The translations under genes and the position numbers were made by a program. From contig CBDEUK010000002.1 of the NCBI GenBank assembly GCA_965243205.1, positions 256,001-320,000 of the forward strand: 64,000 nucleotides of DNA, in the 5' to 3' direction. Numbering within the stretch: the stretch's first letter is position 1; every line of letters begins with the position of its first letter. This document shows, in pieces, positions 1 to 9,337 of the stretch. Origin of the DNA: Gammaproteobacteria bacterium (lineage in GTDB: Bacteria; Pseudomonadota; Gammaproteobacteria; Eutrophobiales; Eutrophobiaceae). Under the pieces are notes generated by a model, which did no database searches, was not told the origin of the DNA, and worked only from the letters and a program-made list of their open reading frames with translations.

Positions 1-781
1 CAATAGTGGCACAACATATAACAATGCCAAGATGCAGTTGGTCGCAGGAGATGTTAATCAAGTTAAAAATGAATTTCGTCATGCTCGTAAGTCTATGGCA
101 ATGGATCAGATGGTTTTAGCTGAAGCCGCAGCACCAATGCAAGAAGAAAGCTTGTTCGAATATCATCTATATACGTTAAATCGTCCTACGACTATCGCAG
201 ATAAACAAACGAAACAAGTATCTTTATTAACGGCAAACAGCGTACCTGTAACTAAACAGTTTTTATTAGAAGGTAATGATTATTACTACTACAGTAGTCA
301 TGGCAATATTGGTCAAAAAATAAAAATAGGCGTGTTTGTTGAGTTTAATAATGACGAAGCATCGGGTATGGGTATGCCGTTACCCAAAGGCGTGGTTCGT
401 GTGTATAAAAAAGATTCAAAAGGTAATGCTCAATTTGTTGGTGAAGACCGTATAGACCATACCCCTAAGAATGAAGATATTAAGTTGAAATTAGGCGATG
501 CATTTGATGTTACTGCAAATAAAAAACAAACTAACTTTAAAAAACGCAGTGGTAATTCAAAATATAATTATGTGTATGAAAGTGCTTACGAAATTGAACT
601 GAAAAATGCTAAATCCGAAGAGGTCGAAGTTGTGGTACGTGAACCTATTCCAGGTGATTGGCAAATGCTAAAAAGTACGCATGAGCATGAAAAAGTCGCT
701 GCTGGTACAGCCGAATGGAAAGTGAAAGTTCCTGCTGAGGGAAGTACTGTCTTAAAATATAATGTCTTAGTTCGTTACTAA
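1..781 (+). CDS. DUF4139-domain protein, 5'-truncated by the window edge
   Basis: Frame is open from position 2 (NSGTTYNNAKMQLVAGDVN). Motifs YHLYTL..PTTI..KQTKQV, GMPLPKGVVRVY and GEDRIDHTP are typical of DUF4139 C-terminal domains. Confidence 0.8.
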   Translation, partial: NSGTTYNNAKMQLVAGDVNQVKNEFRHARKSMAMDQMVLAEAAAPMQEESLFEYHLYTLNRPTTIADKQTKQVSLLTANSVPVTKQFLLEGNDYYYYSSHGNIGQKIKIGVFVEFNNDEASGMGMPLPKGVVRVYKKDSKGNAQFVGEDRIDHTPKNEDIKLKLGDAFDVTANKKQTNFKKRSGNSKYNYVYESAYEIELKNAKSEEVEVVVREPIPGDWQMLKSTHEHEKVAAGTAEWKVKVPAEGSTVLKYNVLVRY

Positions 782-817
782 ACAATTTTTTGGCATAAAT
801 ATATAAACAACTATTCT

Positions 818-845
818 AAAACAAGGGCTTATTAGCCCTTGTTTT
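818..845 (+). terminator. Rho-independent terminator
   Basis: AAAACAAGGGCT-TATT-AGCCCTTGTTTT hairpin just after the DUF4139 stop. Confidence 0.75.
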
Positions 846-869
846 CGTTTGGAAGAGACCTATTTAATC

Positions 870-898
870 ATGACAAAGTCGTTACAAATACGCATAAT
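870..898 (+). promoter_or_regulatory. putative sigma-70 promoter for cysH
   Basis: ATGACA-N17-CATAAT, about 40 bp upstream of the ATG; GAGGA RBS present. Confidence 0.4.
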
Positions 899-936
899 GC
901 ACGCGCAAAATTATTGAGCATATTTGAGGAATTATT

Positions 937-1566
937 ATGGCCGATTGGCTAGATATTGAACAAACCAATGAATTATTAGCGGATAAAACGCCATCCGAGA
1001 TTATTCAATGGGCAATCGAGCAAAATAAAAATACTATTTTAAGTACGACATTTGGCCCTTTCACATCAGTGATTATTGATATGGCGACGAAAATTAAACC
1101 TGATATACCTGTGCTTTGGGTTGATTCCGGCTATAACACAAAAGATACTTATCAAACGGCGCAAACAGTTATTGAGAAATATAACCTTAATCTCCAAGTA
1201 TATGTTCCAGAAATCACCGCGGCTCGACGGGATGTGATTATGAACGGTATTCCAGCCCCAGATGATGAACTACATGAAGAATTTACTCGTCAGGTGAAAT
1301 TAGAGCCTTTTCAGCGTGCGTTTGCCGAATTGAAACCGGATATCTGGATTAATGGCATGCGAAAAGAAGAGACTGAATTCCGAAAATCCCAGAATATCGT
1401 TACAAAAACTGCGGCAGGGGTTATCAAATTAGCACCTCTATTCAATTGGAGTGAGCTAGATTTGGAAGAATATTTATACGAAAACGATTTGCCGCAGGTT
1501 GAAGAGTATTTTGACCCAACAAAGGCTTTCGAAAATCGTGAATGTGGGTTGCATACGAAGTTTTAA
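937..1566 (+). CDS. cysH: phosphoadenosine phosphosulfate (PAPS) reductase family protein
   Basis: STTFG, VLWVDSGY, KLEPFQRA, GMRKEET and C-terminal ECGLH. No Fe-S CC/CxxC motif. Confidence 0.85.
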   Translation: MADWLDIEQTNELLADKTPSEIIQWAIEQNKNTILSTTFGPFTSVIIDMATKIKPDIPVLWVDSGYNTKDTYQTAQTVIEKYNLNLQVYVPEITAARRDVIMNGIPAPDDELHEEFTRQVKLEPFQRAFAELKPDIWINGMRKEETEFRKSQNIVTKTAAGVIKLAPLFNWSELDLEEYLYENDLPQVEEYFDPTKAFENRECGLHTKF

Positions 1567-1590
1567 GGGTTAAGTCATTGAGTTGCTAAT

Positions 1591-1619
1591 AAAAAACCGG
1601 CTATATAGCCGGTTTTTTT
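1591..1619 (+). terminator. Rho-independent (bidirectional) terminator
   Basis: AAAAAACCGGCTATATAGCCGGTTTTTTT perfect palindrome. Confidence 0.85.
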
Positions 1620-1655
1620 GTCCTAGAAATGTGTCGGAGTGCATAAAAATAATTC

Positions 1656-1683
1656 TAAACTTTTTAATACCTTCGGCCGATTC
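1656..1683 (+). promoter_or_regulatory. putative sigma-28 (FliA) promoter
   Basis: TAAACTTT-N12-GCCGATTC versus consensus TAAAGTTT-N11/12-GCCGATAA, about 40 bp upstream of the ORF at 1722. Confidence 0.5.
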
Positions 1684-1721
1684 CTAATAAAGAAGTTAAC
1701 TCAATACACAAGGGGCAAAAT

Positions 1722-2021
1722 ATGCAAACAACATTGGTCATGCGTAATAAAGATAAAAAATACGAATTATCAAAACTTGTTTCAGAACATCGAGACTGGA
1801 AGCTTATCGAAGCTAATGATTATTACGATGCCTTAAATATCATTCAATCAGGAAATGTTGATGCTCTTGCATTAGGTCAAGATGTATCTAGCGAAGATTG
1901 TATTAGCTTGGTATCGACTATGAATGAAGAAAACCCTAATGCCAATATTTATGTCATTATGGAACAGCAAGCAGAATGTGATGTCTCTAAATCATGTGAT
2001 AGAGGGTTTCTCTACGCATAG
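1722..2021 (+). CDS. small degenerate receiver (REC)-like protein
   Basis: AAGGGG RBS. The pattern 'IEANDYYDALNII..VDALALG...CISLVSTMNEENPNANIYVIM' follows receiver topology but lacks the phosphoacceptor Asp. Confidence 0.55.
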   Translation: MQTTLVMRNKDKKYELSKLVSEHRDWKLIEANDYYDALNIIQSGNVDALALGQDVSSEDCISLVSTMNEENPNANIYVIMEQQAECDVSKSCDRGFLYA

Positions 2022-2309
2022 AATTACAGTGCCTTTCAACTGTCATTTTGACTTAGTAAAACAAAACAGTTAAATAAGATATAAAAAAGAAAACACAAAA
2101 ACTATAAAAATAAGTTTTAGTGTCGTTTTTTTGATTTCAGTATTATCTTATTCATCAATATTATTATTTTTACAAATTTTAGTTTAAATTTTAGTATTCT
2201 CTGAATTACAAAATTACGCTATCATTAGCATAATTAGTAATTTATATATTCAAATAATTAATTAACACCTATCTGTTTTTATTCTTAGAAAAACCCCATT
2301 AAAAGTATT

Positions 2310-5117
2310 ATGACGGAATTCGTTCTTGGACAACGTTGGATTAATAGTGCGCAACCAGAATTAGGTTTGGGTACTATTATTGAATTAGGACATCGTGCAG
2401 TGACAGTAGCCTTTGTTGCGGCTGAAGAAACACGTGTGTTTTCGACGGAGGATACTCCTCTTACTCGTGTTGAATTTAAAGTAGGGGACACCATTGTCAC
2501 TAATGATAAGGAATCGATGATTGTTAAAGAAGTGATAAGTGAAGATTCTTTGTTTGTATATAAAGCCGAAGATGCGAATAAACAGATCCAGACCATATTG
2601 GAACATCAACTTGATCATTTTATTCAATTAGTAAAACCAAGCGAACGTTTATTCAGTCACCAAATTGATAAAAATCAATGGTTTGAGTTGCGTTATCAGG
2701 CCTTAATGCAATCCAGTCGTTTTGCTCATTCAGATGGTTTTGGGCTAAGTGGGTCTAGAACCAGTTTATTACCGCATCAGTTATACATTGCTCATGAGGT
2801 AGGAAAGCGCTACCAGCCTAGAGTCTTATTGGCTGATGAAGTGGGTTTAGGAAAAACCATCGAAGCAGGCATGATTCTACAACAACAAATTTTACGCGGT
2901 GAAGTAAACCGTGTTCTTGTATTATTACCTGAGCCATTATTACATCAATGGCTAGTTGAAATGCTAAGAAGGTTTAACTTGCATTTCAGTTTATATGACA
3001 AAGAACGTTTTGCAGATTCTTTAGAGTCAGAACCAGATATCAATCCATTTCTTCATAGCCAGCGTGTTCTTTGTAGTTTAGATTTTGCGCTTGAGAATGA
3101 ATTACATCAAAAAGCTATTCTCAATGGAGAATGGGATTGTTTAATTGTCGATGAAGCACATCACTTACATTGGGATGAAAAAAATCCTGGCGAAGATTAT
3201 CAATTAGTAGAAACCCTCAGTAAACAAATTGGTTCTGTATTATTGCTCACAGCGACGCCTGAACAATTGGGCAAAGAAAGTCATTTTGCTCGATTAAGAT
3301 TATTAGATGGTAATCGTTTTAGTGAATATGAAACATTTTTAGAAGAAGAACAATCTTATAAACCTATTGCGGATATTATTGAATGTTTATTAGAGGATAA
3401 AATATTATCAAAAGAACAGATTGAAATTTTAAACAAAAATTTGAATGATGATTTTGTTGATTCAGTAAAATTACTTTCTGATGCAAAGATTTTAGAAGAC
3501 GAAGCAAAACAAAGTCTCATACAACGGCTTCTCGATCAACAAGGAACAGGACGTTTATTATTTCGTAATACAAGAGCTTCCGTTGGTGGTTTCCCTCAAC
3601 GTATTGTTCATTCGTATCCTTTAACGCAATCATCTGAATACACAGATGAACAATTATCGTCTCCAACTCCAGAATATGATCTGGATTCATGGAGTAATCA
3701 TGATCCAAGAGTTGAATGGTTATTAGAATTTTTAAAACAGCATACCACTGAAAAGATCCTATTAATTACGGCTCATGCACATACTACGTTAGACCTATCG
3801 GAATATATACGAGTTAAATCCGGTGCGAATATACCTGTATTTCATGAAGGTATGACAATTTTAGAAAGAGATCGGGCTGCAGCGTTTTTTGCGGATGAAG
3901 AAGATGGATGTCAAATGCTTATCTGTTCTGAAATTGGTGGCGAAGGCCGTAATTTTCAATTTGCAAAACACTTAATATTATTTGATTTACCGATTAATCC
4001 AGATTTATTAGAACAACGTATAGGTCGAATTGATCGAATCGGGCAGGGCAGTGAAATACATTTGCATGTCCCGTATATTGAACATTCAGCACAATCCGTT
4101 CTTTATCAATGGTACTACGAAGGTTTAAAAGCTTTACAAGCTCCATGTCCAGCCGGTGCTTCAATTTTTCGTGAATTTAAAAATAGTTTAGACAAAGCTA
4201 TTCAAACCAAATCAATAGACACACTTGAAATACAAACAGTTCATGAAAGAACGGAAGCGATTACAGAACAATTGCACGATGGTCGCGATAAACTTTTAGA
4301 ATTAAATTCTTTTCGCAAAGATGTAGCTGAAACATTAGTAAAACAATTATCTGATACAGAAAATCAACAAGAACTGATTGATTATATGAAATTAGTTTAT
4401 GATTGCTATGGAGTGGATTGTGAAGTACATAGTGATAACGCTTATGTATTACAACCTGCCGAAACGATGGTGGAAGTATTTCCTGGCTTGCCTGATGAAG
4501 GCACGACGATTACGTTTGATAGAGAGACCGCATTAAAATACGAAACGTATCAGTTTCTAACCTGGGAACACGATATGGTCGTTTCGATTACGGATTCTAT
4601 TTTATTAAATGAACGTGGTAATACAGCCGTTATCACGTTTTCAGACCCAGTCGTAAAAGAAGGTTTATTATTAGTCGAATGTTTATTTACATTAGAAGTT
4701 AATCAATCAGTTAAGCCCTATTTAAATTCTAATATTGTTCGAGTAGTCATCGGTGAAGACATACGTGATTACACAAAAGCTCTGGGACATGAAAAAATTA
4801 ATCTTACTAAAGAATTTGTTAAACGAGAATTAGCAAAACAAATTGTTAAAGCCAAACAAAAAGAACTAGAAAAATTAATTAAAATAAGCCAACAACAGGC
4901 AAACAAGCAGAGGGATGCCTTGATTACTGAATCAATGGAAAATATGAAAAATATATTAGGAAGTGAAATAAATCGATTAGAATCACTAGCCAAGATTAAT
5001 CCTAATGTAAGAGAAGAAGAAATAAATCATTTTCACCAACGCTTAGAATCAACACAAAATAATTTAGAATCGGCAAACCTTCGTTTAGACGCGGTCAGAG
5101 TTATTGTTGCGACTTAA
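2310..5117 (+). CDS. rapA: RNA polymerase-associated Swi2/Snf2 ATPase RapA
   Basis: GQRWI..PELGLG N-terminus, LLADEVGLGKTIEAG, DEAH box, SEIGGEGRNFQFA, LEQRIGRIDRIGQ, C-terminal LRLDAVRVIV. Confidence 0.97.
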   Translation: MTEFVLGQRWINSAQPELGLGTIIELGHRAVTVAFVAAEETRVFSTEDTPLTRVEFKVGDTIVTNDKESMIVKEVISEDSLFVYKAEDANKQIQTILEHQLDHFIQLVKPSERLFSHQIDKNQWFELRYQALMQSSRFAHSDGFGLSGSRTSLLPHQLYIAHEVGKRYQPRVLLADEVGLGKTIEAGMILQQQILRGEVNRVLVLLPEPLLHQWLVEMLRRFNLHFSLYDKERFADSLESEPDINPFLHSQRVLCSLDFALENELHQKAILNGEWDCLIVDEAHHLHWDEKNPGEDYQLVETLSKQIGSVLLLTATPEQLGKESHFARLRLLDGNRFSEYETFLEEEQSYKPIADIIECLLEDKILSKEQIEILNKNLNDDFVDSVKLLSDAKILEDEAKQSLIQRLLDQQGTGRLLFRNTRASVGGFPQRIVHSYPLTQSSEYTDEQLSSPTPEYDLDSWSNHDPRVEWLLEFLKQHTTEKILLITAHAHTTLDLSEYIRVKSGANIPVFHEGMTILERDRAAAFFADEEDGCQMLICSEIGGEGRNFQFAKHLILFDLPINPDLLEQRIGRIDRIGQGSEIHLHVPYIEHSAQSVLYQWYYEGLKALQAPCPAGASIFREFKNSLDKAIQTKSIDTLEIQTVHERTEAITEQLHDGRDKLLELNSFRKDVAETLVKQLSDTENQQELIDYMKLVYDCYGVDCEVHSDNAYVLQPAETMVEVFPGLPDEGTTITFDRETALKYETYQFLTWEHDMVVSITDSILLNERGNTAVITFSDPVVKEGLLLVECLFTLEVNQSVKPYLNSNIVRVVIGEDIRDYTKALGHEKINLTKEFVKRELAKQIVKAKQKELEKLIKISQQQANKQRDALITESMENMKNILGSEINRLESLAKINPNVREEEINHFHQRLESTQNNLESANLRLDAVRVIVAT

Positions 5118-5331
5118 AACTGAATTGATTAATTATTATATGTGGTTGCTTAATTCACAATCAGAATAGATGCTAATATTGCGAAGCAGTAATCATATAT
5201 CGTTATAATATATGTTTTCTATATTGACTAACTAAAATTTGTAATTTATATTCTGAAAAAATACTATAAGTCTAAGAGTACTGTAACAAAATCTACATAT
5301 ATCATTTATCCTAAATTGAGGTAGATTTAAC

Positions 5332-6276
5332 ATGCAGCTTCCAGCCCATCTAGTCGATGTACCTAAAATCGATGAGCTTGAATATCAAGAAAGAAATATT
5401 CTAGCTAAACATAATCTAAACGATCTTGATCTATTTAATGATGATTCATTAGCAAAGATTATCGATGCACATCCTCGTAGCGAGATGACTATCGCTATTA
5501 TGAATCAAGATCCTGAGTCTGGAGAATGGTGGCAGGGTTCCGCAAATGACTTAACGGGTGAGCAGATACTTGTAGCTGTAAAAAAAGGCCAATTTTGGCT
5601 TAACCTTCAAAGGATCTATGAACATAATCCTGAATTTAGAAAAATTACTGATCAACTCTATGATGAGCTGCAGGACAACTCTCCTGGGTTACAACTTACG
5701 GATCGTAATTCTCATTTATTGATATCATCGCCACAAGCTGTTGTTCATTATCATATTGATCATCCTGGTAATATGTTATGGCATATTCGTGGTACGAAAC
5801 GAGTATGGGTTTATCCTTTTGACGATAGAGAATTAATACCAAGAGAGCTTTTTCATTCATTGCTTATGGGACAAAGAAAAGAAGAATTTCCTTTTTCTAA
5901 AAGTTTTGATGATAAAGCCCAGGTATATGATATGGAACCAGGTGATTTTGTTTCATGGCCTCAAAATTCACCTCATCGGGTAGAAAACACTAGTGAATTA
6001 AATGTTTCTTTATCGACCGAACATGCATCAAAACAGACCGAACGACGTGAAAGAATATTAAGAGTTAATAAATTTATATACGATGTTACTGGTGTTGATT
6101 TTGCAAAAACTCCAACAGAAGGTATGGGTTATTACCTCAGGTTACCTGTTATAATATTAGTTCGATTAACTTATAAATTATTTCCTCAACAAAAACCCAC
6201 TAATGATTTTAAATATCCGATAGAGTTTCATATCGATCCAGATTCTGCAGATGGAGTTAAAATGATAACGGAATAA
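5332..6276 (+). CDS. cupin/JmjC-like Fe(II)-2OG-type protein
   Basis: LLISSP..HYHID...MLWHIRGTKRVWVYP and PGDFVSWPQNSPHRVEN, giving an HxD...H facial triad. Confidence 0.75.
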   Translation: MQLPAHLVDVPKIDELEYQERNILAKHNLNDLDLFNDDSLAKIIDAHPRSEMTIAIMNQDPESGEWWQGSANDLTGEQILVAVKKGQFWLNLQRIYEHNPEFRKITDQLYDELQDNSPGLQLTDRNSHLLISSPQAVVHYHIDHPGNMLWHIRGTKRVWVYPFDDRELIPRELFHSLLMGQRKEEFPFSKSFDDKAQVYDMEPGDFVSWPQNSPHRVENTSELNVSLSTEHASKQTERRERILRVNKFIYDVTGVDFAKTPTEGMGYYLRLPVIILVRLTYKLFPQQKPTNDFKYPIEFHIDPDSADGVKMITE

Positions 6277-6294
6277 AAAAGAATATTTTTTTAT

Positions 6295-6336
6295 TCATTA
6301 TGTTTGAATTCAGCTGACTGCTATGGATTGTTAACG
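6295..6336 (-). repeat. strongly decayed, shortened attC remnant
   Basis: Minus strand reads CGTTAAC-AATCCATAGCAGTCAGCTGAATTCAAAC-ATAATGA. It keeps the TAAC start overlapping the stop codon and the GCTGAATTCAAAC 3' arm seen in the intact attCs, but is only 42 bp and the GTT is lost. Confidence 0.5.
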
Positions 6337-7095
6337 GGTTTTAATATTGTAGAATTTTATTGCATTTTCAGAGAATACTTTTTTAGCTGCATTTGCTTCT
6401 AATGTATCAGCAATCAGTGATATATCTGAGTTTTGAAAGGCTATAGGTGCTCTGGTAGAAGGTAAATCTGTACCAAACATCAATGAGTCTGGATGAGCAT
6501 TATAGATTTCCTTAATTGCTTGCGCAGGGTCAAAATCTATTCGGCCAAAACCTGATGCTTTCACTTTAACGCCTTTTTCAACTAGCTTTAATAAATGTTT
6601 GAAGCCAGATTTTTTCAAACCAAGATGATCGATGCTCACAGCTGGAAGTTTTTCTATCATTGGAGATAATTCAGATAAATGCTCAGAATTAAGATAAAGC
6701 TCAACATGCCATCCAACAATATTAAATATACGCTTAGCCATTGCTTCCAAATATTTTATTGATTCCGAACCCTCTCGATATAGATTGAATCGAACACCAG
6801 CAACACCCAATTGGTTTAAATTTATTATTTCTTCGTCATTTGCCCTATAGGATAAATTAAGGATGCCTTTATAGTTACTACCTAATTTATCTAATGCCGA
6901 TATTAAATATTTTTGGTCATAAGCTTGAAAAGAACCAGAAACAATTGTGCCGCCAATAATGTTAAAGTCGGATAATCTTTCTCGATAATTCTCTACAGTA
7001 AAAGGTTCTGGAATGAAGCCGTTATTACTTACGAGAGGGAAAGCTTCATCAATAATATGAAGGTGACTATCAAAGATTTTAAATTCATGTGACAT
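6331..7095 (-). CDS. amidohydrolase family 2 protein (LigI-like), probable former gene cassette
   Basis: FDSHLH, GVRFNL, GWHVELY, IDHLG, VKASGFGR and LMFGTDLP motifs. Confidence 0.85.
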   Translation of the reverse strand: MSHEFKIFDSHLHIIDEAFPLVSNNGFIPEPFTVENYRERLSDFNIIGGTIVSGSFQAYDQKYLISALDKLGSNYKGILNLSYRANDEEIINLNQLGVAGVRFNLYREGSESIKYLEAMAKRIFNIVGWHVELYLNSEHLSELSPMIEKLPAVSIDHLGLKKSGFKHLLKLVEKGVKVKASGFGRIDFDPAQAIKEIYNAHPDSLMFGTDLPSTRAPIAFQNSDISLIADTLEANAAKKVFSENAIKFYNIKTR

Positions 7096-7115
7096 AAATG
7101 AAAATCTCTATAGAG

Positions 7116-7173
7116 AACTAAAGCTTTAAATCAACTGGCCACGTTAGTGGTAAGCTAGAATGACTTGTTATGC
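7116..7173 (-). repeat. degenerate attC site
   Basis: Minus strand GCATAAC-AAGTCATTCTAGCTTACCACTAACGTGGCCAGTTGATTTAAAGC-TTTAGTT. Length is correct (58 bp) and R'' is intact, but R' GTT has become TTT and the stem is weakened. Confidence 0.65.
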
Positions 7174-7176
7174 GTA

Positions 7177-7677
7177 TTAATCCCACCAGAAATAAACTTT
7201 ACGTTCCATTACTGCGTCAACTCCGAATTCTTCTGCATATGCTTGTTCAATAAAAACATCTTTCAATTCATTTATTAATTGTTCCACCTCTGAATCAGAG
7301 ATTTTTTCACCTGGATTAGGGCCATGATAATACTCTCTTTGATGTGTCCAATAAGGAATGTTTATATGTAGTATTGGAGAACCTGCTCTTCCAAATTCGT
7401 AACAACTAACTTTACCTCTAAATTTTTGTAGGACATTCGCAATTTTTTTACCATCAAATGCATTGTAGTTTTTAACGATAGGGATAATCTGAATTATTTT
7501 ATCAGTTTCAAGGCACTCGGTTACAAAATTTAGAGATCTATAATTTTTTTCTCTTAGATCTCCATAGCCTAGTTTAACAAATTCTATGCTCCCTTCGATT
7601 TGTTCTTTTTCCCAATCCTTGGCACCAAATACATTAATCGAAAATAACAAAATGAAAAAAATACTGACTAATTTCAA
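7177..7677 (-). CDS. cassette-encoded secreted hypothetical protein
   Basis: AAGGAG RBS with TTG start right after attC R'. Signal peptide; C-terminal YFWWD. Confidence 0.75.
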   Translation of the reverse strand: MKLVSIFFILLFSINVFGAKDWEKEQIEGSIEFVKLGYGDLREKNYRSLNFVTECLETDKIIQIIPIVKNYNAFDGKKIANVLQKFRGKVSCYEFGRAGSPILHINIPYWTHQREYYHGPNPGEKISDSEVEQLINELKDVFIEQAYAEEFGVDAVMERKVYFWWD

Positions 7678-7697
7678 ATTAGTGCTCCTTTAAATAC

Positions 7698-7755
7698 GCA
7701 TAACGTTTGAGTTCAGCCGGCCGCGCCAGCGGTCGGCTGGAATGATTTGTTATAT
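7698..7755 (-). repeat. attC site (59-be)
   Basis: Minus strand ATATAAC-AAATCATTCCAGCCGACCGCTGGCGCGGCCGGCTGAACTCAAAC-GTTATGC: RYYYAAC-like start, GTTRRRY-like end, GC-rich imperfect palindrome. Confidence 0.93.
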
Positions 7756-7792
7756 GCTTTCTGTACGCACTTTGCTTCGATCTAACCCCCAT

Positions 7793-7957
7793 TCATTTTT
7801 CTGGTTTTAAAATAAAAGCAAGAGGGATAGAAAAAGGTCCCAAGACAGCCGCTGTTAAATCGAGCATAAAACCAAATTTAAGCCCACGGCTCTTTCCAAT
7901 GAAGTAGAAGGCCATTCCACCGACTATCCATATTGCAACTAAAATATACTCCATCAT
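7793..7957 (-). CDS. small 54-aa membrane protein (not in the ORF track), second gene of a cassette
   Basis: Translated by hand: MMEYILVAIWIVGGMAFYFIGKSRGLKFGFMLDLTAAVLGPFSIPLAFILKPEK*. AGGA RBS at the upstream gene's stop; two hydrophobic segments. Confidence 0.6.
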   Translation of the reverse strand: MMEYILVAIWIVGGMAFYFIGKSRGLKFGFMLDLTAAVLGPFSIPLAFILKPEK

Positions 7958-7965
7958 ACTTTTTC

Positions 7966-8814
7966 CTATTCTGTTTTAGCTTTTTGAGACAGATAGATGG
8001 TAAATTCTTTAAGCAGAGAATCAGTATCTTTTCCATGAGACTTTTGAAGTGCTTCGCTAAACTCAATTCCCGATAGCAGATGCTTTATTAGGTTACCGAA
8101 TTCTTGAGAGCTTGAGTCATGGATGAAATGCACAAACAATGCCCCAACTCTGTAGAGCATCCAGTTAACGACTCCGTCTTTTGTTACTGCATCAGCGGCA
8201 TTCTTTGTAAAAAACCAATAGTCCAATTTACCTGACAAATAGGCTTCCCTTTCCTCGTGGGTCATCCGCCCGAATACTTCATTGCCTTCAGTGTAATCAG
8301 CGCCTCCGTTGGCAACAAACTCAGCGACGCCTTCTCTGAACCATAGAGGTATTCCTTCAATATGCGCCTTCTCGCCAAGATGAGTATAAAAAAGGTAATG
8401 CGTCAATTCATGTGTCGTTAACCTTTTTACTGAGCCTCTAGTGAACGCACCTGGAGACAGGAACAACTTACCCCAATATACAGCCCCTCTAACATTCTTG
8501 GATAAAAATACGTACTCATTAAATGATTCTTGGGAAGAGCATATATAAATCTCCACGGGCTTTTCGAAATTAGCGTTAAGCGAGTGCTCTACTGCTTCTT
8601 GGCTTTCGTTCAAAATCCCGCTCAAATAATGAGCATTTTGTTTTGCTGACTCTTCATATCTAATACGATTATCAGTTTCAAGAGTTAAAAAATGATCCGT
8701 TGATTTATACTTGGCCAAGACAGCTTTGACTAATATAGGCTGTGTAATCGCAATACCGATAATGGAAGCAATCGCTATAGAGACTGTCCAAATTATAGGT
8801 TTCTTAAACTTCAT
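7966..8814 (-). CDS. cassette-encoded zinc metallopeptidase (gluzincin/peptidase MA-like), N-terminally anchored
   Basis: HELTH (HExxH) followed by PLWFREGVAEF; N-terminal hydrophobic segment. Confidence 0.75.
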   Translation of the reverse strand: MKFKKPIIWTVSIAIASIIGIAITQPILVKAVLAKYKSTDHFLTLETDNRIRYEESAKQNAHYLSGILNESQEAVEHSLNANFEKPVEIYICSSQESFNEYVFLSKNVRGAVYWGKLFLSPGAFTRGSVKRLTTHELTHYLFYTHLGEKAHIEGIPLWFREGVAEFVANGGADYTEGNEVFGRMTHEEREAYLSGKLDYWFFTKNAADAVTKDGVVNWMLYRVGALFVHFIHDSSSQEFGNLIKHLLSGIEFSEALQKSHGKDTDSLLKEFTIYLSQKAKTE

Positions 8815-8841
8815 CTGTTTATATCTCTGGCATTATACAGC

Positions 8842-8902
8842 ACATAACGTTTTAACTCAGCGGCGCGCCTCTGGCGCGTCGCTTTGGAGTGAGTTGTTAT
8901 AT
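8842..8902 (-). repeat. attC site
   Basis: Minus strand ATATAAC-AACTCACTCCAAAGCGACGCGCCAGAGGCGCGCCGCTGAGTTAAAAC-GTTATGT, 61 bp. Confidence 0.9.
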
Positions 8903-8907
8903 GGCAT

Positions 8908-9264
8908 CTACCTTGTCATCCTTACAACGTTTAAAAGAATACTAAAGACACCATAAAAGGTACCACCTGCAGGTAAAGTTAAAGTAATAGGATTTCCATT
9001 CCTAAGCTTTAACAACAACTTGCTTCTATCTGCTTTTTCTATATTTTCGTGTTCCTCGCCATAAGTTATTTCCCTGATTTCACTGAAGCCTATTTTTTTA
9101 TTATGTTGATATATGGCTTCGTCTGATATTTTGATTCCACAGGAATCAATAGTTATAAGACTATCACTGTCATGATCAAAAACTTTGACATAAGCATTCG
9201 GGAAATTATGCTTCTCCGACTGCTTTAATATTCTTCTGGCAATAAACTCTGTACTTTTACTCAT
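8908..9264 (-). CDS. cassette-encoded hypothetical protein
   Basis: ORF fills the space between two attC sites; AAGGA RBS after R'. Confidence 0.75.
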   Translation of the reverse strand: MSKSTEFIARRILKQSEKHNFPNAYVKVFDHDSDSLITIDSCGIKISDEAIYQHNKKIGFSEIREITYGEEHENIEKADRSKLLLKLRNGNPITLTLPAGGTFYGVFSILLNVVRMTR

Positions 9265-9279
9265 AGTATCCTTGATGCC

Positions 9280-9337
9280 ATATAACGATTGAATTCAGCC
9301 GGCCGCGTTAGCGGTCGGCTGGGATGATTTGTTAGCT
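9280..9337 (-). repeat. attC site
   Basis: Minus strand AGCTAAC-AAATCATCCCAGCCGACCGCTAACGCGGCCGGCTGAATTCAATC-GTTATAT, near-identical to the 7698-7755 site. Confidence 0.93.

Noticed and set aside
886-897. 12-bp match AAATACGCATAA to the cassette end at 7692-7703
   Set aside because: AT-rich, lacks the terminal C of TAAC and any palindrome; likely chance.
7878-8066. 62-aa ORF from the track
   Set aside because: Overlaps the peptidase out of frame. The 7793-7957 ORF has an RBS and does not overlap.
7698-9337. Repeated GC-rich palindromes as a CRISPR array or REP elements
   Set aside because: Spacers are gene-sized and the repeats have TAAC...GTT ends with complementary cassette boundaries, so they are attC sites. 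No cas genes are present.
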